Shown here piece by piece: positions 1 through 8,567 of a DNA stretch of 55,132 nucleotides. How positions within the stretch are numbered: the stretch's first letter is position 1; each line of letters begins with the position of its first letter. The DNA comes from Patescibacteria group bacterium (GTDB lineage Bacteria > Patescibacteriota > Minisyncoccia > Phycocordibacterales > SBAW01): positions 1 to 55,132 of the forward strand of contig JAGWOD010000004.1 in NCBI GenBank assembly GCA_028871115.1. The letters are read 5' to 3'. Below the pieces are notes generated by a model. That model was not told the DNA's origin. It saw only the letters and a program-made list of their open reading frames with translations, and searched no databases. Made by a program: the position numbers and the translations under genes.

Positions 1-46
1 TGGCCATACGGCTGCCTGATACAGCCTCGAGCGAATAGTCGCACAT
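1..46 (-). CDS. 5' end of an unidentified CDS that runs off the window edge
   Basis: ATG at 46 (minus strand) is preceded by AGGAGG (61..56) with a 9-nt spacer. Only 15 codons are visible, so no product can be assigned. Confidence 0.25.
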   Translation of the reverse strand, partial: MCDYSLEAVSGSRMA

Positions 47-152
47 CGTCTTTTTCCTCCTGCGAACAGTTAAGGATTGTGAGAACCCGAATGAGCTCCC
101 ATATGCGAGAGTACTCCGGGAGCAGAGAAGAGACAAGCGCTCCTGGAGTGAA

Positions 153-470
153 CTAATGAGCGAGCCTTGGTATTCGCTGAAGCGCTTTACATATGTCCAT
201 GAGAAGAGCCAAAAACGCTACGGCAGCAATGAAGAGAGCCCCCTGCACGAGCAATTTCGTCTTAGCTATGGCTGTCGTCAAGAACAGAGCTGAACCTCCT
301 ACTCCGACTTGAGAGAGATTTTGAAGTACGTGTGGTACAGAGACGAATGATGCAATACCGAGGAGTGAGAGCGCGAGGAAATATGACTCAAGCGCTGTTC
401 TGCTCATAAGGAGGCGCCCAAAATAAATGAGGCGCACGGTGGCCATGGTTCGCTGTTCAATCGTGCTCAT
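153..470 (-). CDS. Small multi-pass membrane protein just downstream of the ECF sigma factor (possible anti-sigma partner, unproven)
   Basis: 105-aa ORF with 2-3 hydrophobic helices, starting 18 nt after the sigma gene stop on the same strand. No recognisable anti-sigma motif. Confidence 0.55.
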   Translation of the reverse strand: MSTIEQRTMATVRLIYFGRLLMSRTALESYFLALSLLGIASFVSVPHVLQNLSQVGVGGSALFLTTAIAKTKLLVQGALFIAAVAFLALLMDICKALQRIPRLAH

Positions 471-488
471 ACGATAAAAATACTCATA

Positions 489-1121
489 TCAGGCCCCAAT
501 GGTTTCATAGACCTCCCGAAACTCTTTCTTGGCGCGGTGCACTCTCGTTTTTACAGCTCCCACCGAAATGCCTTCGCGGCGGGCGATCTCTTCTTGCGAA
601 AGGCCATCGATAAAAAAGAGCGAGAGTACTCGGGCAAAAAGCGGGGACATGCGCACGAGGACCGAGGCTATAAGGTCCTCAAATTCCTTCTTTTCAAACT
701 GGCGGAGGTTCTTGTCAGGGATAAGCTCAAAGAGTTCAGGCTCGAGATCTGCCCGGACACCCTGCTCCCTGCGACGCTTTGCATAATGCGTAAGCGAGGT
801 GTTGATGAGTATACGCCATGCCCAAGAGCTAAATTGGGCTCCTTCCTGCTTCTTAAACTTCGAAGCGTTGAGATAAATTTTAGTGAACGTTTCCTGAACA
901 ATATCCTGCGCTTCCTCGGAAGAATGGATGATGGACTCTGCTCTGCGCAAAAATTGTGCTTCGTACTTACGCACGAGAAAAGCAAACAGCGAAGGTTGCG
1001 CGAGAGACGCCGTAAGAAGCTCTCCATCACTGAGATGTTCTAGGTGCTCCTCTTCAAGATATCCCTTCATGGCCACACTGTACAACATGGAAGATACAAT
1101 ATCTACAACATTCAAAAACAA
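489..1121 (-). CDS. RNA polymerase sigma-70 family, ECF-type sigma factor
   Basis: Region 2-like DIVQETFTKIY...WAWRILIN and region 4 HTH LSQEEIARREGISVGAVKTRVHRAKKEF. The track start is a TTG; an internal ATG start (Met18, nt 1070) is possible. Confidence 0.85.
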   Translation of the reverse strand: MFLNVVDIVSSMLYSVAMKGYLEEEHLEHLSDGELLTASLAQPSLFAFLVRKYEAQFLRRAESIIHSSEEAQDIVQETFTKIYLNASKFKKQEGAQFSSWAWRILINTSLTHYAKRRREQGVRADLEPELFELIPDKNLRQFEKKEFEDLIASVLVRMSPLFARVLSLFFIDGLSQEEIARREGISVGAVKTRVHRAKKEFREVYETIGA

Positions 1122-1185
1122 TCATACGTTACAGAGCCTTCGCATACGGCGTTCCCTGTCACGTCTAGGTATATACGTTCTTTTC

Positions 1186-1213
1186 TAGACAAGGAGAAAA
1201 ATGTGAGTACAAT
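1186..1213 (+). promoter_or_regulatory. Putative sigma-70-like promoter upstream of efp (TAGACA-16 nt-TACAAT)
   Basis: TAGACA at 1186-1191 and TACAAT at 1208-1213 with a 16-nt spacer, 34 nt upstream of the efp ATG. Sequence match only. Confidence 0.3.
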
Positions 1214-1246
1214 ACAGCCATTGCCCTCGGGCAATTTTTTATTGTC

Positions 1247-1813
1247 ATGGCCATGCTTGAATACAACGAAATACTTCCTAAAAAAGTAATACTCCTCGAC
1301 GAGCAGCCCTACGAGGTGCTCGATGCACACGTCTTTCGCAAGCAGCAGCGCAAACCAGTCAATCAAACTAAATTGCGCCACCTCATCACCGGCAAAGTGA
1401 CCGAGCAGGCATTCCATGTCTCCGAAAAGGTTGAAGAGGCTGATCTTTCGACGCGGCCAATAAAATTCCTTTATGAAAATCGAGGCGAGTATTATTTCTG
1501 TGCTCCGGATAACCCCCGCGAGCGATTCAGTCTACAGGCAGACGTTATAGGGAGTGGCAGAGCATTTATGAAGCAAAATTCGGTCGCTGATGCACTTATT
1601 TTCAATGAGCAGATCATTGCACTCAAAATTCCTGTTAAAGTCGATCTCGTTGTTAAAGAGGCTCCCCCCGCCGTCAAAGGCGACACAAGACAGGGTGGCA
1701 GCAAACAGATAACGCTCGAAACTGGAGCCACTATCAACGCTCCCCTCTTTATTAACGAGGGAGACGTGGTGCGAATAAACACGGAGCTCGGCACCTACGT
1801 CGAGCGAGCGTAA
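1247..1813 (+). CDS. efp: Elongation factor P
   Basis: 188 aa with EF-P-like sequence throughout (KPVNQTKLRHLITGKV..., C-terminal INAPLFINEGDVVRINTELGTYVERA). Confidence 0.95.
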   Translation: MAMLEYNEILPKKVILLDEQPYEVLDAHVFRKQQRKPVNQTKLRHLITGKVTEQAFHVSEKVEEADLSTRPIKFLYENRGEYYFCAPDNPRERFSLQADVIGSGRAFMKQNSVADALIFNEQIIALKIPVKVDLVVKEAPPAVKGDTRQGGSKQITLETGATINAPLFINEGDVVRINTELGTYVERA

Positions 1814-1821
1814 AAGGAAAA

Positions 1822-1846
1822 GGCCGCCAAGGAGGCGGCCTTTTTT
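1822..1846. terminator. Bidirectional intrinsic terminator between efp and the convergent 211-aa ORF
   Basis: GGCCGCC-aagga-GGCGGCC hairpin (1822-1840) followed by TTTTTT on the plus strand and by TTTTCCTTTT on the minus strand. Confidence 0.7.
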
Positions 1847-2480
1847 ATAGAAATTCATCGCACGCTCGTTCAACCGACATGGCCATCTCGGCGATAATCG
1901 GCAATTTGCTGATCATCCACTCGATACCTTTGGAATTGAACCTGGCCTGAAGCCACTGACGATAGATTCGATCGAAGAAGCGATGGGGGCTAAACGGTAG
2001 CTCCCGGATCTCGACATGGAAGAATGTCCTCGCCTCGTCTACGAGAATCCCTGAACCGACGAATGCGACTGGTTCGAGACTGCGTATCCTGGGGAGAAGC
2101 GACTGCAACTCGCTCTTGATGACTCGCAATCGCACGCCGATCGGATACTGCTCAAGTGCTGAGTTGAGAAGATGAAATTCCCATACGAGGGTTTCAGCTT
2201 CAAGCACCACGCCGTCACATAGCTTCCAGGCCTTGTTGCGGTGATGGGGTACTTCCTTATAGCAGCGGGGGTAAAGCCCCACTACCCCACACACGCTAGT
2301 GTAGAGTGGGTCGCCGTATTTTTTACGCTGTACGGCTTCATGCCAGGCGCATATGCGCTCCACGATGCCCATGCCACCGCAGGAAAAGAAGAGGCGCCAC
2401 CAGGTCCGTCTTGCTCGCCCTCCGTGGGTACGAGCGAGACGCTTAGGCGCCTGAGCGCCTGAAAACACGCGTTCACTCAT
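1845..2480 (-). CDS. Hypothetical protein, Cys/His-rich N-terminal half, no family recognised
   Basis: 211-aa ORF bracketed by hairpin terminators. Basic N-terminus (APKRLARTHGGRARRTWW), then C-x9-C-x2-H and C-x8-C-x5-HH spacings. Confidence 0.5.
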   Translation of the reverse strand: MSERVFSGAQAPKRLARTHGGRARRTWWRLFFSCGGMGIVERICAWHEAVQRKKYGDPLYTSVCGVVGLYPRCYKEVPHHRNKAWKLCDGVVLEAETLVWEFHLLNSALEQYPIGVRLRVIKSELQSLLPRIRSLEPVAFVGSGILVDEARTFFHVEIRELPFSPHRFFDRIYRQWLQARFNSKGIEWMISKLPIIAEMAMSVERACDEFL

Positions 2481-2570
2481 GTACCCTATTCCTCCAACAG
2501 ATGAATGGAACTAGCTCATAGCATTTTTACGACGTAATAGATTGCTGTCAAGATATTTCGGTATCACCTA

Positions 2571-2599
2571 AAACCCGCCAGGATACCGGCGGGTTTTTC
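2571..2599 (-). terminator. Intrinsic terminator after rpsR
   Basis: ACCCGCC...GGCGGGT hairpin 15 nt downstream of the rpsR stop, followed on the minus strand by TTTTAGG (short U-tract). Confidence 0.55.
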
Positions 2600-2613
2600 T
2601 TTAGGAGAATAAC

Positions 2614-2811
2614 TTATCGAATCACGTATGGGAGAAGCGCCATGTAGCGCGCCCGTTTGACTGCCTGAGCGAGGGAGCGCTGTCCTGCAGCGGAGAGTCT
2701 GGTGCGTCGGCGAGAGAGAATCTTTCCATAGGGATTAAGAAAGCGCTTCAAGACCTCGATGTCCTTGTAATCAAAGTAGGGATTTGGCGGAAGTCGCAGT
2801 TCAGTAGGCAT
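2614..2811 (-). CDS. rpsR: 30S ribosomal protein S18
   Basis: 65 aa with [49 protein letters not shown], typical of S18. Confidence 0.95.
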   Translation of the reverse strand: MPTELRLPPNPYFDYKDIEVLKRFLNPYGKILSRRRTRLSAAGQRSLAQAVKRARYMALLPYVIR

Positions 2812-2829
2812 AAATAAGTTAAATGAAAA

Positions 2830-3261
2830 TTAAAACGGTATATCGTCAGGGTTAATATCCTCCTCAGGATAGGCAATTCCCTCTTCCTCCTTGGGAGGAG
2901 CTTTCTTACTTGCCTTCTCCTCGGAAGGGCTTTCTCCCCCTGCGCGAGGACCAAATTGGATACGCTCGGCGATGATCTCGGTGCGGTACTGCTTACCCTT
3001 GTCACCTTCCCAACTGCGGGTCTGTATGCGGCCTTCAATAAATGCTGAGCTCCCTTTCTTGAGATACTGAGAGACAGTGTCTGCTTGTCGGCCAAAGACT
3101 ACGATGTTGTGAAATTCAGTTGCCTCTTCCCATTTTTCATTCCGCTTAAAGCGGCGGTTAGTGGCGAGCCCGAAGGAGGCAACCTGGATGCCCGAGGGAA
3201 GCGAGCGAAGTTCAGGATCGCGCGTGAGATTGCCAAAGAGAAATATTTTGTTGATGTACAT
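2830..3261 (-). CDS. ssb: Single-stranded DNA-binding protein
   Basis: OB-fold N-terminus (NKIFLFGNLTRDPELR...FHNIVVFGRQA...IEGRIQTRSWE) and acidic C-terminal tail ending DDIPF. Confidence 0.95.
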   Translation of the reverse strand: MYINKIFLFGNLTRDPELRSLPSGIQVASFGLATNRRFKRNEKWEEATEFHNIVVFGRQADTVSQYLKKGSSAFIEGRIQTRSWEGDKGKQYRTEIIAERIQFGPRAGGESPSEEKASKKAPPKEEEGIAYPEEDINPDDIPF

Positions 3262-3266
3262 ACCGA

Positions 3267-3782
3267 TTATTGTACGAGCGCTTCAAGGGACTTCTCAAGT
3301 TCTTCCTCAGAAACCTGGCCAGTGCCCTTTTCCTGAGTCGTCTTCTTCTGAATAGTCTCACCCTCCAGGCGATCGGAAGCAAAAACAGCGCGCGGGGCAA
3401 AGGTGGGGACCTCCCGAACCGTGTGAATGAGGAGAAAGCGAATGATCTCGCGATCGCTCCGGAGCATATCCTCAAGCGCAGGAATGATCTGCGAAGACGC
3501 TTCGAATTTGATCCAGGTAAAATAGCCTTCCGTATATTTTTCGCGCTTCCCTGCAATCGAGCGTTCAATGCGGTAGGAGAACGTTATTCGCTTTGGAGCA
3601 CCCTCAGCAAGAATACTGCCGCCCCCCTTCTCAAGAGCCTCTCTCACACGGCCAAGAACCGAAGTAGCTTCCGCTTCGGAGAGCGTGGGGACGACATGAA
3701 AGCCCGCTTCATAGACGGCTCCTAGGTCGGCTTCGTTCGCTTGGGTGAAGGATCCCTCGGGACCCTGCGACATTTCTGCCAT
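3267..3782 (-). CDS. rpsF: 30S ribosomal protein S6 with N- and C-terminal extensions
   Basis: S6 core (YEAGFHVVP...GYFTWIKFEAS...LRSDREIIRFLLI) in the conserved rpsF-ssb-rpsR order. At 171 aa it is longer than typical S6. Confidence 0.9.
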   Translation of the reverse strand: MAEMSQGPEGSFTQANEADLGAVYEAGFHVVPTLSEAEATSVLGRVREALEKGGGSILAEGAPKRITFSYRIERSIAGKREKYTEGYFTWIKFEASSQIIPALEDMLRSDREIIRFLLIHTVREVPTFAPRAVFASDRLEGETIQKKTTQEKGTGQVSEEELEKSLEALVQ

Positions 3783-3818
3783 GGAGCGATACTAGCACGC
3801 TGATACTACCCCTGCAAC

Positions 3819-4610
3819 TTAGAAATCAAAACCGAAAGTGCGAGAGACGTTTTCCATAATATGTTCTTTCATACGCTCAAGCGGAATCTCCTTCAGCTGC
3901 GCGAGGCGCTGCACTGTTTCAATAACATAGGAGGGCTCGTTACGTTTCCCCCGGTGGGGCACGGGGGCCGCAAACGGAGCATCGGTCTCCGAAAGTATTC
4001 GTTCAAGGGGTGTCATGCGCACTATCTCATCATACTCACTGGTGAAGGTAATAATGCCGGGGAAGGACAAGAAACATCCGCGCTCGAGGTAGCGGGACGC
4101 CATCTCCGCATTACCCGTGAAAAAATGCATCACTGCCCGCACCCCTCTGTGCTCTGCGAGGATTTCAAGCATATCCCGATGGGCATTCATGGAATTACGG
4201 GTGGGGCGGCAGTGCACCATGAGAGGTTTCCCTACTTCCTCGGCAAGACGGATATGGGCCTCAAGACGCTCGCGCTGCCGTGCGCGCACTGCCTCGCTCG
4301 GTTCCTGACGGTAGTAATCGAGTCCGCACTCCCCTATTGCCAGAGTGAGAGGATTGCGGGCAAGCTCCCCAAATGAGGCCGTATCAAAGGCCTCCTCGGG
4401 CACATCGTTTGGATGAAGCCCTACTGCCGCGCGCAGAAAATCATGTGTCTCTGAAAGTTTTAGAGCTTCTTTGCTCGTTTTAAGATCAACGCCAACCACA
4501 AGAGCACCAACCCCTCGCTCACGCATGCGCAGAAGTACTGCCTCTCTATCTTCCTCGTATGAGGAGAGTTGTGGATGGCAATGTGAATCGAAATATCTAA
4601 GCGCTCTCAC
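3819..4610 (-). CDS. tatD: TatD-family metal-dependent hydrolase/DNase
   Basis: FDSHCHP, GLHP, GECGLDYY, HCR and ETDAPF motifs in the canonical order. Confidence 0.9.
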   Translation of the reverse strand: MRALRYFDSHCHPQLSSYEEDREAVLLRMRERGVGALVVGVDLKTSKEALKLSETHDFLRAAVGLHPNDVPEEAFDTASFGELARNPLTLAIGECGLDYYRQEPSEAVRARQRERLEAHIRLAEEVGKPLMVHCRPTRNSMNAHRDMLEILAEHRGVRAVMHFFTGNAEMASRYLERGCFLSFPGIITFTSEYDEIVRMTPLERILSETDAPFAAPVPHRGKRNEPSYVIETVQRLAQLKEIPLERMKEHIMENVSRTFGFDF

Positions 4611-4643
4611 TCAATTACTCTACCTTAGAAAGAACCTGGGATC

Positions 4644-6086
4644 TCATTTTCTGAGAAACAGTGTCTCTGGCTTTTTATTCTCTTGTATCGCGACCCATAT
4701 CTTGCGGGCCGTAGCGGGAATAACCGGTTCAAGCATAACAACGATAGCCGCGAGGCCAGCGACAAGCTCCGAGATACACTCCCTTCCTTTCTCGGGGTTC
4801 TCTTTCACCACCTTAAATGGCGCTGTTGCAGTTATTTTTTGATCAAGCTTCTGCACCGCTGTGGCAATAAGCTCCGCTGCGGCATTGACCTCAAATCGGT
4901 CGAGCGCCTCTGAGAATTCTCTCGGGAACGCGAGACGTGGAAGCGCAACAGGCTCCGGGAGATGGGACTCGGCAAGTGTGAGAATGCGTGCGGCAAGATT
5001 GCCGAGACCGTTTGCGAGATCGGCGTTATACGCATCCTTGAAGCTCTCGCGGGTAAGTTCACTGTCCTCAAACGGAGAGATGTGGCGGGCGAGATAAAAG
5101 CGCAGCGCGTCAGCCCCGTACGCTGTGATAAGTTCCTCCGGATCGATGACGTTTCCGAGACTTTTGGACATCTTCCGTCCGCCTGAAACGATGAATCCGT
5201 GCACGAGCAACGCCTTGGGAAGCGGGAGGTTCGCTGAGAGAAGCATGGCGGGCCAGATCGCCGCATGAAATCGCAAAATGTCTTTACCCATGACATGCAC
5301 CTGGGCGGGCCAGAATTGCCGGTAAAGTTCCTCATCGCTCTGGCCGAATCCAAGCGCCGTCAGATAATTCGCGAGCGCATCACACCACACATACATGACT
5401 TGGGTTTTGTCTCCCGGAACCGGAACGCCAATCGATCCTGCACTGGTGGGTCTCGAGAAACTGACATCCTGGAGCCCCTCGCGCAGGAGAGAGAGGATTT
5501 CATGCTTACGGGTCTCCGGAAAAATTGCGATCTCTCCTGATTCTATATGAGCCCGGACCGTCTCACTGTAGCGGGAGAGACGAAAGAAGTAGTTCTCTTC
5601 GCGTACCACCTTCGGTACTTCTCCGTGTTCGGGACACTTACCATCGACAAGATCCTTGGGGGTAAGAAATGCTTCATGTCCTACGCAGTAGAGTCCTTCG
5701 TATTCCTTTTTATATATATCCCCAGAGGCTTGGAGTTTTTGCCAGAGAAGCTGCGCGCCCGGCCAGTGCGCTTTTTCATCTGAGGTACGAATAAATTGAT
5801 CGTAGGAGATATCAAGCTCGGAGAAGAGATTCTTGAAATTTGCTACAACACCCTCCAAAAAATCCTCCGGGCGCTGCCCCACCGCCTTGGCTGCAGGAAG
5901 AATCTTCTGGGTGTTTTCGTCTGAACCCGTGAGGAAATAGACACGCTCTTCCTCCTCAGGAGCATAGCGGCCCTTGAGGCGATGATAGCGGGCAAGGATG
6001 TCGGAGACGGTCGTCGTATACGCGTGCCCGAGGTGGAGCTTCGCGTTGGGATAGAAAATGGGCGTCGTGATGTAGAAAGTGCGCAT
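4644..6086 (-). CDS. metG: Methionyl-tRNA synthetase, short form without the C-terminal tRNA-binding domain
   Basis: FYITTPIFYPNAKLHLGHAY (HIGH-type motif) and KMSKSLGNVIDP. At 480 aa it ends after the anticodon-binding helices. Confidence 0.95.
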   Translation of the reverse strand: MRTFYITTPIFYPNAKLHLGHAYTTTVSDILARYHRLKGRYAPEEEERVYFLTGSDENTQKILPAAKAVGQRPEDFLEGVVANFKNLFSELDISYDQFIRTSDEKAHWPGAQLLWQKLQASGDIYKKEYEGLYCVGHEAFLTPKDLVDGKCPEHGEVPKVVREENYFFRLSRYSETVRAHIESGEIAIFPETRKHEILSLLREGLQDVSFSRPTSAGSIGVPVPGDKTQVMYVWCDALANYLTALGFGQSDEELYRQFWPAQVHVMGKDILRFHAAIWPAMLLSANLPLPKALLVHGFIVSGGRKMSKSLGNVIDPEELITAYGADALRFYLARHISPFEDSELTRESFKDAYNADLANGLGNLAARILTLAESHLPEPVALPRLAFPREFSEALDRFEVNAAAELIATAVQKLDQKITATAPFKVVKENPEKGRECISELVAGLAAIVVMLEPVIPATARKIWVAIQENKKPETLFLRK

Positions 6087-6095
6087 GGCTCTTCA

Positions 6096-7160
6096 CTACT
6101 TTCCTTCCCCCTGGGAAACGGGCTTGCGCGTGCGACGATGCGATTCGATGTCGTTGACGAATTCGCGCAGGGCGGCGGCGAGCGGAACCGCGAGGAGCAC
6201 CCCTACAAATCCTGCAAGTTTGCCACCGACGATGAGAGCAAGAATAACGAGAAGCGGTGGAAGGCCGACCACCTTCTTCACGACGAGCGGATAAATGAGA
6301 TTCGATTCAAATTGCTGCACAATGATGAAAAGACCGAGTACCAGGAGCGCGAGCCCCGCTCCGCCGGTTGCAAACGCAATCGCGACTGAGGGAATAGCAG
6401 CGAGAATTTGGCCAAAGACCGGGATGAGCTCGAAGATGGCAGCGAGCACCGCAAGCAAAAGCGCATAGGGAACCTGGAGAATTGTGAGCCCGAGAAAGAG
6501 GAGAACTCCGATGATAAGCCCAAGCATCAGTTGTCCTTGCATCCACTTCCCTATCTTGTCTTTAGCCCGCTTCCAGAGTCCGAGAACGTAGCCGTGCTGC
6601 TCGACCGGGGTGATGATACGCAAAAAATCCTCTACCCCGGTCTCCTGTACGCAGAAGTAGAAAGAAAAGACAACTACTAGAATGAAGGAGACAATACCTC
6701 CGAAGAACGCCGAGAGTGCAGTAAGAAGACCCCCTGTCGATCCCCCGAGCGCCGAACTGAAGTTTCGAATAAGGTCAGCTGAAGAAAGGAGGCCTGCGAT
6801 ATCAGAGATGGGAAGTATGGAGGAAGAATCTGCGGAGAAATCAATAGAGTGGAGTGTATTGGGAAGTTGTGCGAGAAAGCTTGCCGCATCGTTGAGGACC
6901 GGCGGTAGGAAGAAGAGCACGATGCCAATAAAGATCGCGGCCACGATGAGGTATATGCAAATGATGGAGAGAATACGCGGCAGCCCCTGGCGCTCAAGCG
7001 CATGGATGCCCGGTTCCATCGCAGAGGCAATAACCACCGCGGTGAGAAGTATGAGAACGATATCGCGCAGGTACCACAGAAGCGCTGCCCCGATTATGAA
7101 AAGAATCGCGGTAAGAATAGTACCCGGGGTGATGCGCACCGTGATATCGCGCTGCGGCAT
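6096..7160 (-). CDS. AI-2E family transporter (PerM/UPF0118-like permease)
   Basis: 354 aa and multi-pass, with a characteristic C-terminal half (FELIPVFGQILAAIP...IIVQQFESNLIYPLVV). Confidence 0.85.
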   Translation of the reverse strand: MPQRDITVRITPGTILTAILFIIGAALLWYLRDIVLILLTAVVIASAMEPGIHALERQGLPRILSIICIYLIVAAIFIGIVLFFLPPVLNDAASFLAQLPNTLHSIDFSADSSSILPISDIAGLLSSADLIRNFSSALGGSTGGLLTALSAFFGGIVSFILVVVFSFYFCVQETGVEDFLRIITPVEQHGYVLGLWKRAKDKIGKWMQGQLMLGLIIGVLLFLGLTILQVPYALLLAVLAAIFELIPVFGQILAAIPSVAIAFATGGAGLALLVLGLFIIVQQFESNLIYPLVVKKVVGLPPLLVILALIVGGKLAGFVGVLLAVPLAAALREFVNDIESHRRTRKPVSQGEGK

Positions 7161-7172
7161 GGCGTAACTATA

Positions 7173-8564
7173 CTATGAGTGCCGTATTTTCTCCTGCACG
7201 TAGAAAGAAAGCTCCGCAAGCGCAACACGCTCCTGTGCCCCACTATCCCTCTCGCGCACGGTTACGGAATTATTCTCCAGAGTATCAAAATCGACCGTAA
7301 TGCAGAAGGGCGTCCCTATCTCATCTTGCCTTCGATAGCGCTTCCCGATATTGCCATTGTCATCCCAGAGCGTTTCGGGGATTTCCTTCTTAAGGGCTTC
7401 GTAGACACTTCGCGCTTTTGCAACAAGTTCGGGCTTATTTTTAAGAAGCGGAAATACTGCCACCTTGATCGGTGCTATGGATGGTTTGAATCTGAGTACC
7501 ACCCGCTTCTCGCCACCGATTTCGTCTTCGTGGTAGGCGTCGAGCATGGTGAAAAGAAGCGCCCGCCCAAGACCGCCGGAGGTTTCGATGATCCACGGCA
7601 GTATTTTTTCTCCAGAGTCAGTGGTATAGGTCATGGGCACTCCTGAATGTTCCTGGTGGCGGGCGAGATCCCAATCTCCCCGGTGGTGGATGCCCCACGC
7701 TTCCTTCCAGCCGAAGGGTGTGTGGTACTCAATATCCCAGGCGTCCTTGGCATAGTGCGCACGCTCATGCGCCTCATGCTGGCGAAACCGCAGGCGCTCC
7801 GCAGAGATGCCGAGCCCCTGGTACCAGTGCATACTCACTCCTTTCCAGTATTCATACTGCCGCCCTCCTTCCTCTATCTCTGGAGTGATGTAGTACTGCA
7901 ATTCCATTTGCTCGAATTCGCGGACACGGAAGAGAAAATTGCCCGGCACAATCTCATTGCGGAAGGCCTTTCCTATCTGGGCGATCCCGAAGGGAAGCTT
8001 CGGGTGGAATGCATCAACGACATTCTTGAAATTCACCTGTACGCCTTGGGTGATTTCACCGCGCAGATATACTTTTTCCTTCGCCCCTTCGACCGCGCCG
8101 ATGCCTGCTTCAACAAGAAGATTGAATATCTTCGGCTCCGTGAGTGGATTTCCTTCTGGGCTTTTCATCTTGAGCTCCGCCATCTTCTTTCCCATCTCTT
8201 CAAGAGAAAGATCATGTACGTCGACTCCCTGTTCTTCAAGCAGATGGTCGGCGCGATAGCGTTTGTGCGTCACCTTATCTTCGACTAAAGGATCGGTGAA
8301 TCCCTCCGTATGCCCGCTCGCCTTCCATACCTGCGGGTGCATCATGATGGATGCATCGAGGAGGTACGTGTCTTCGCGGGTATCGAGAAAAGTGTGCCGC
8401 CAATATTTCTTTATATTCTCATTGAGAAGCGCCCCCAGCGGCCCGTAGTCCCAGGTACCTGCGAGTCCACCATAAATCTCCGAACCCTGGAAAATAAACC
8501 CGCGGCGCTTGCACAGCGCGACAAGTTTCTCCATAGGGTCTCCTGAACTCTCTTTTGTTGCCAT
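7173..8564 (-). CDS. glyQS: Glycyl-tRNA synthetase, dimeric class II type
   Basis: LCKRRGFIFQGSEIYGGLAGTWDYGPLG, FRNEI and REFEQME motifs. 463 aa. Confidence 0.95.
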   Translation of the reverse strand: MATKESSGDPMEKLVALCKRRGFIFQGSEIYGGLAGTWDYGPLGALLNENIKKYWRHTFLDTREDTYLLDASIMMHPQVWKASGHTEGFTDPLVEDKVTHKRYRADHLLEEQGVDVHDLSLEEMGKKMAELKMKSPEGNPLTEPKIFNLLVEAGIGAVEGAKEKVYLRGEITQGVQVNFKNVVDAFHPKLPFGIAQIGKAFRNEIVPGNFLFRVREFEQMELQYYITPEIEEGGRQYEYWKGVSMHWYQGLGISAERLRFRQHEAHERAHYAKDAWDIEYHTPFGWKEAWGIHHRGDWDLARHQEHSGVPMTYTTDSGEKILPWIIETSGGLGRALLFTMLDAYHEDEIGGEKRVVLRFKPSIAPIKVAVFPLLKNKPELVAKARSVYEALKKEIPETLWDDNGNIGKRYRRQDEIGTPFCITVDFDTLENNSVTVRERDSGAQERVALAELSFYVQEKIRHS

Positions 8565-8567
8565 AGC

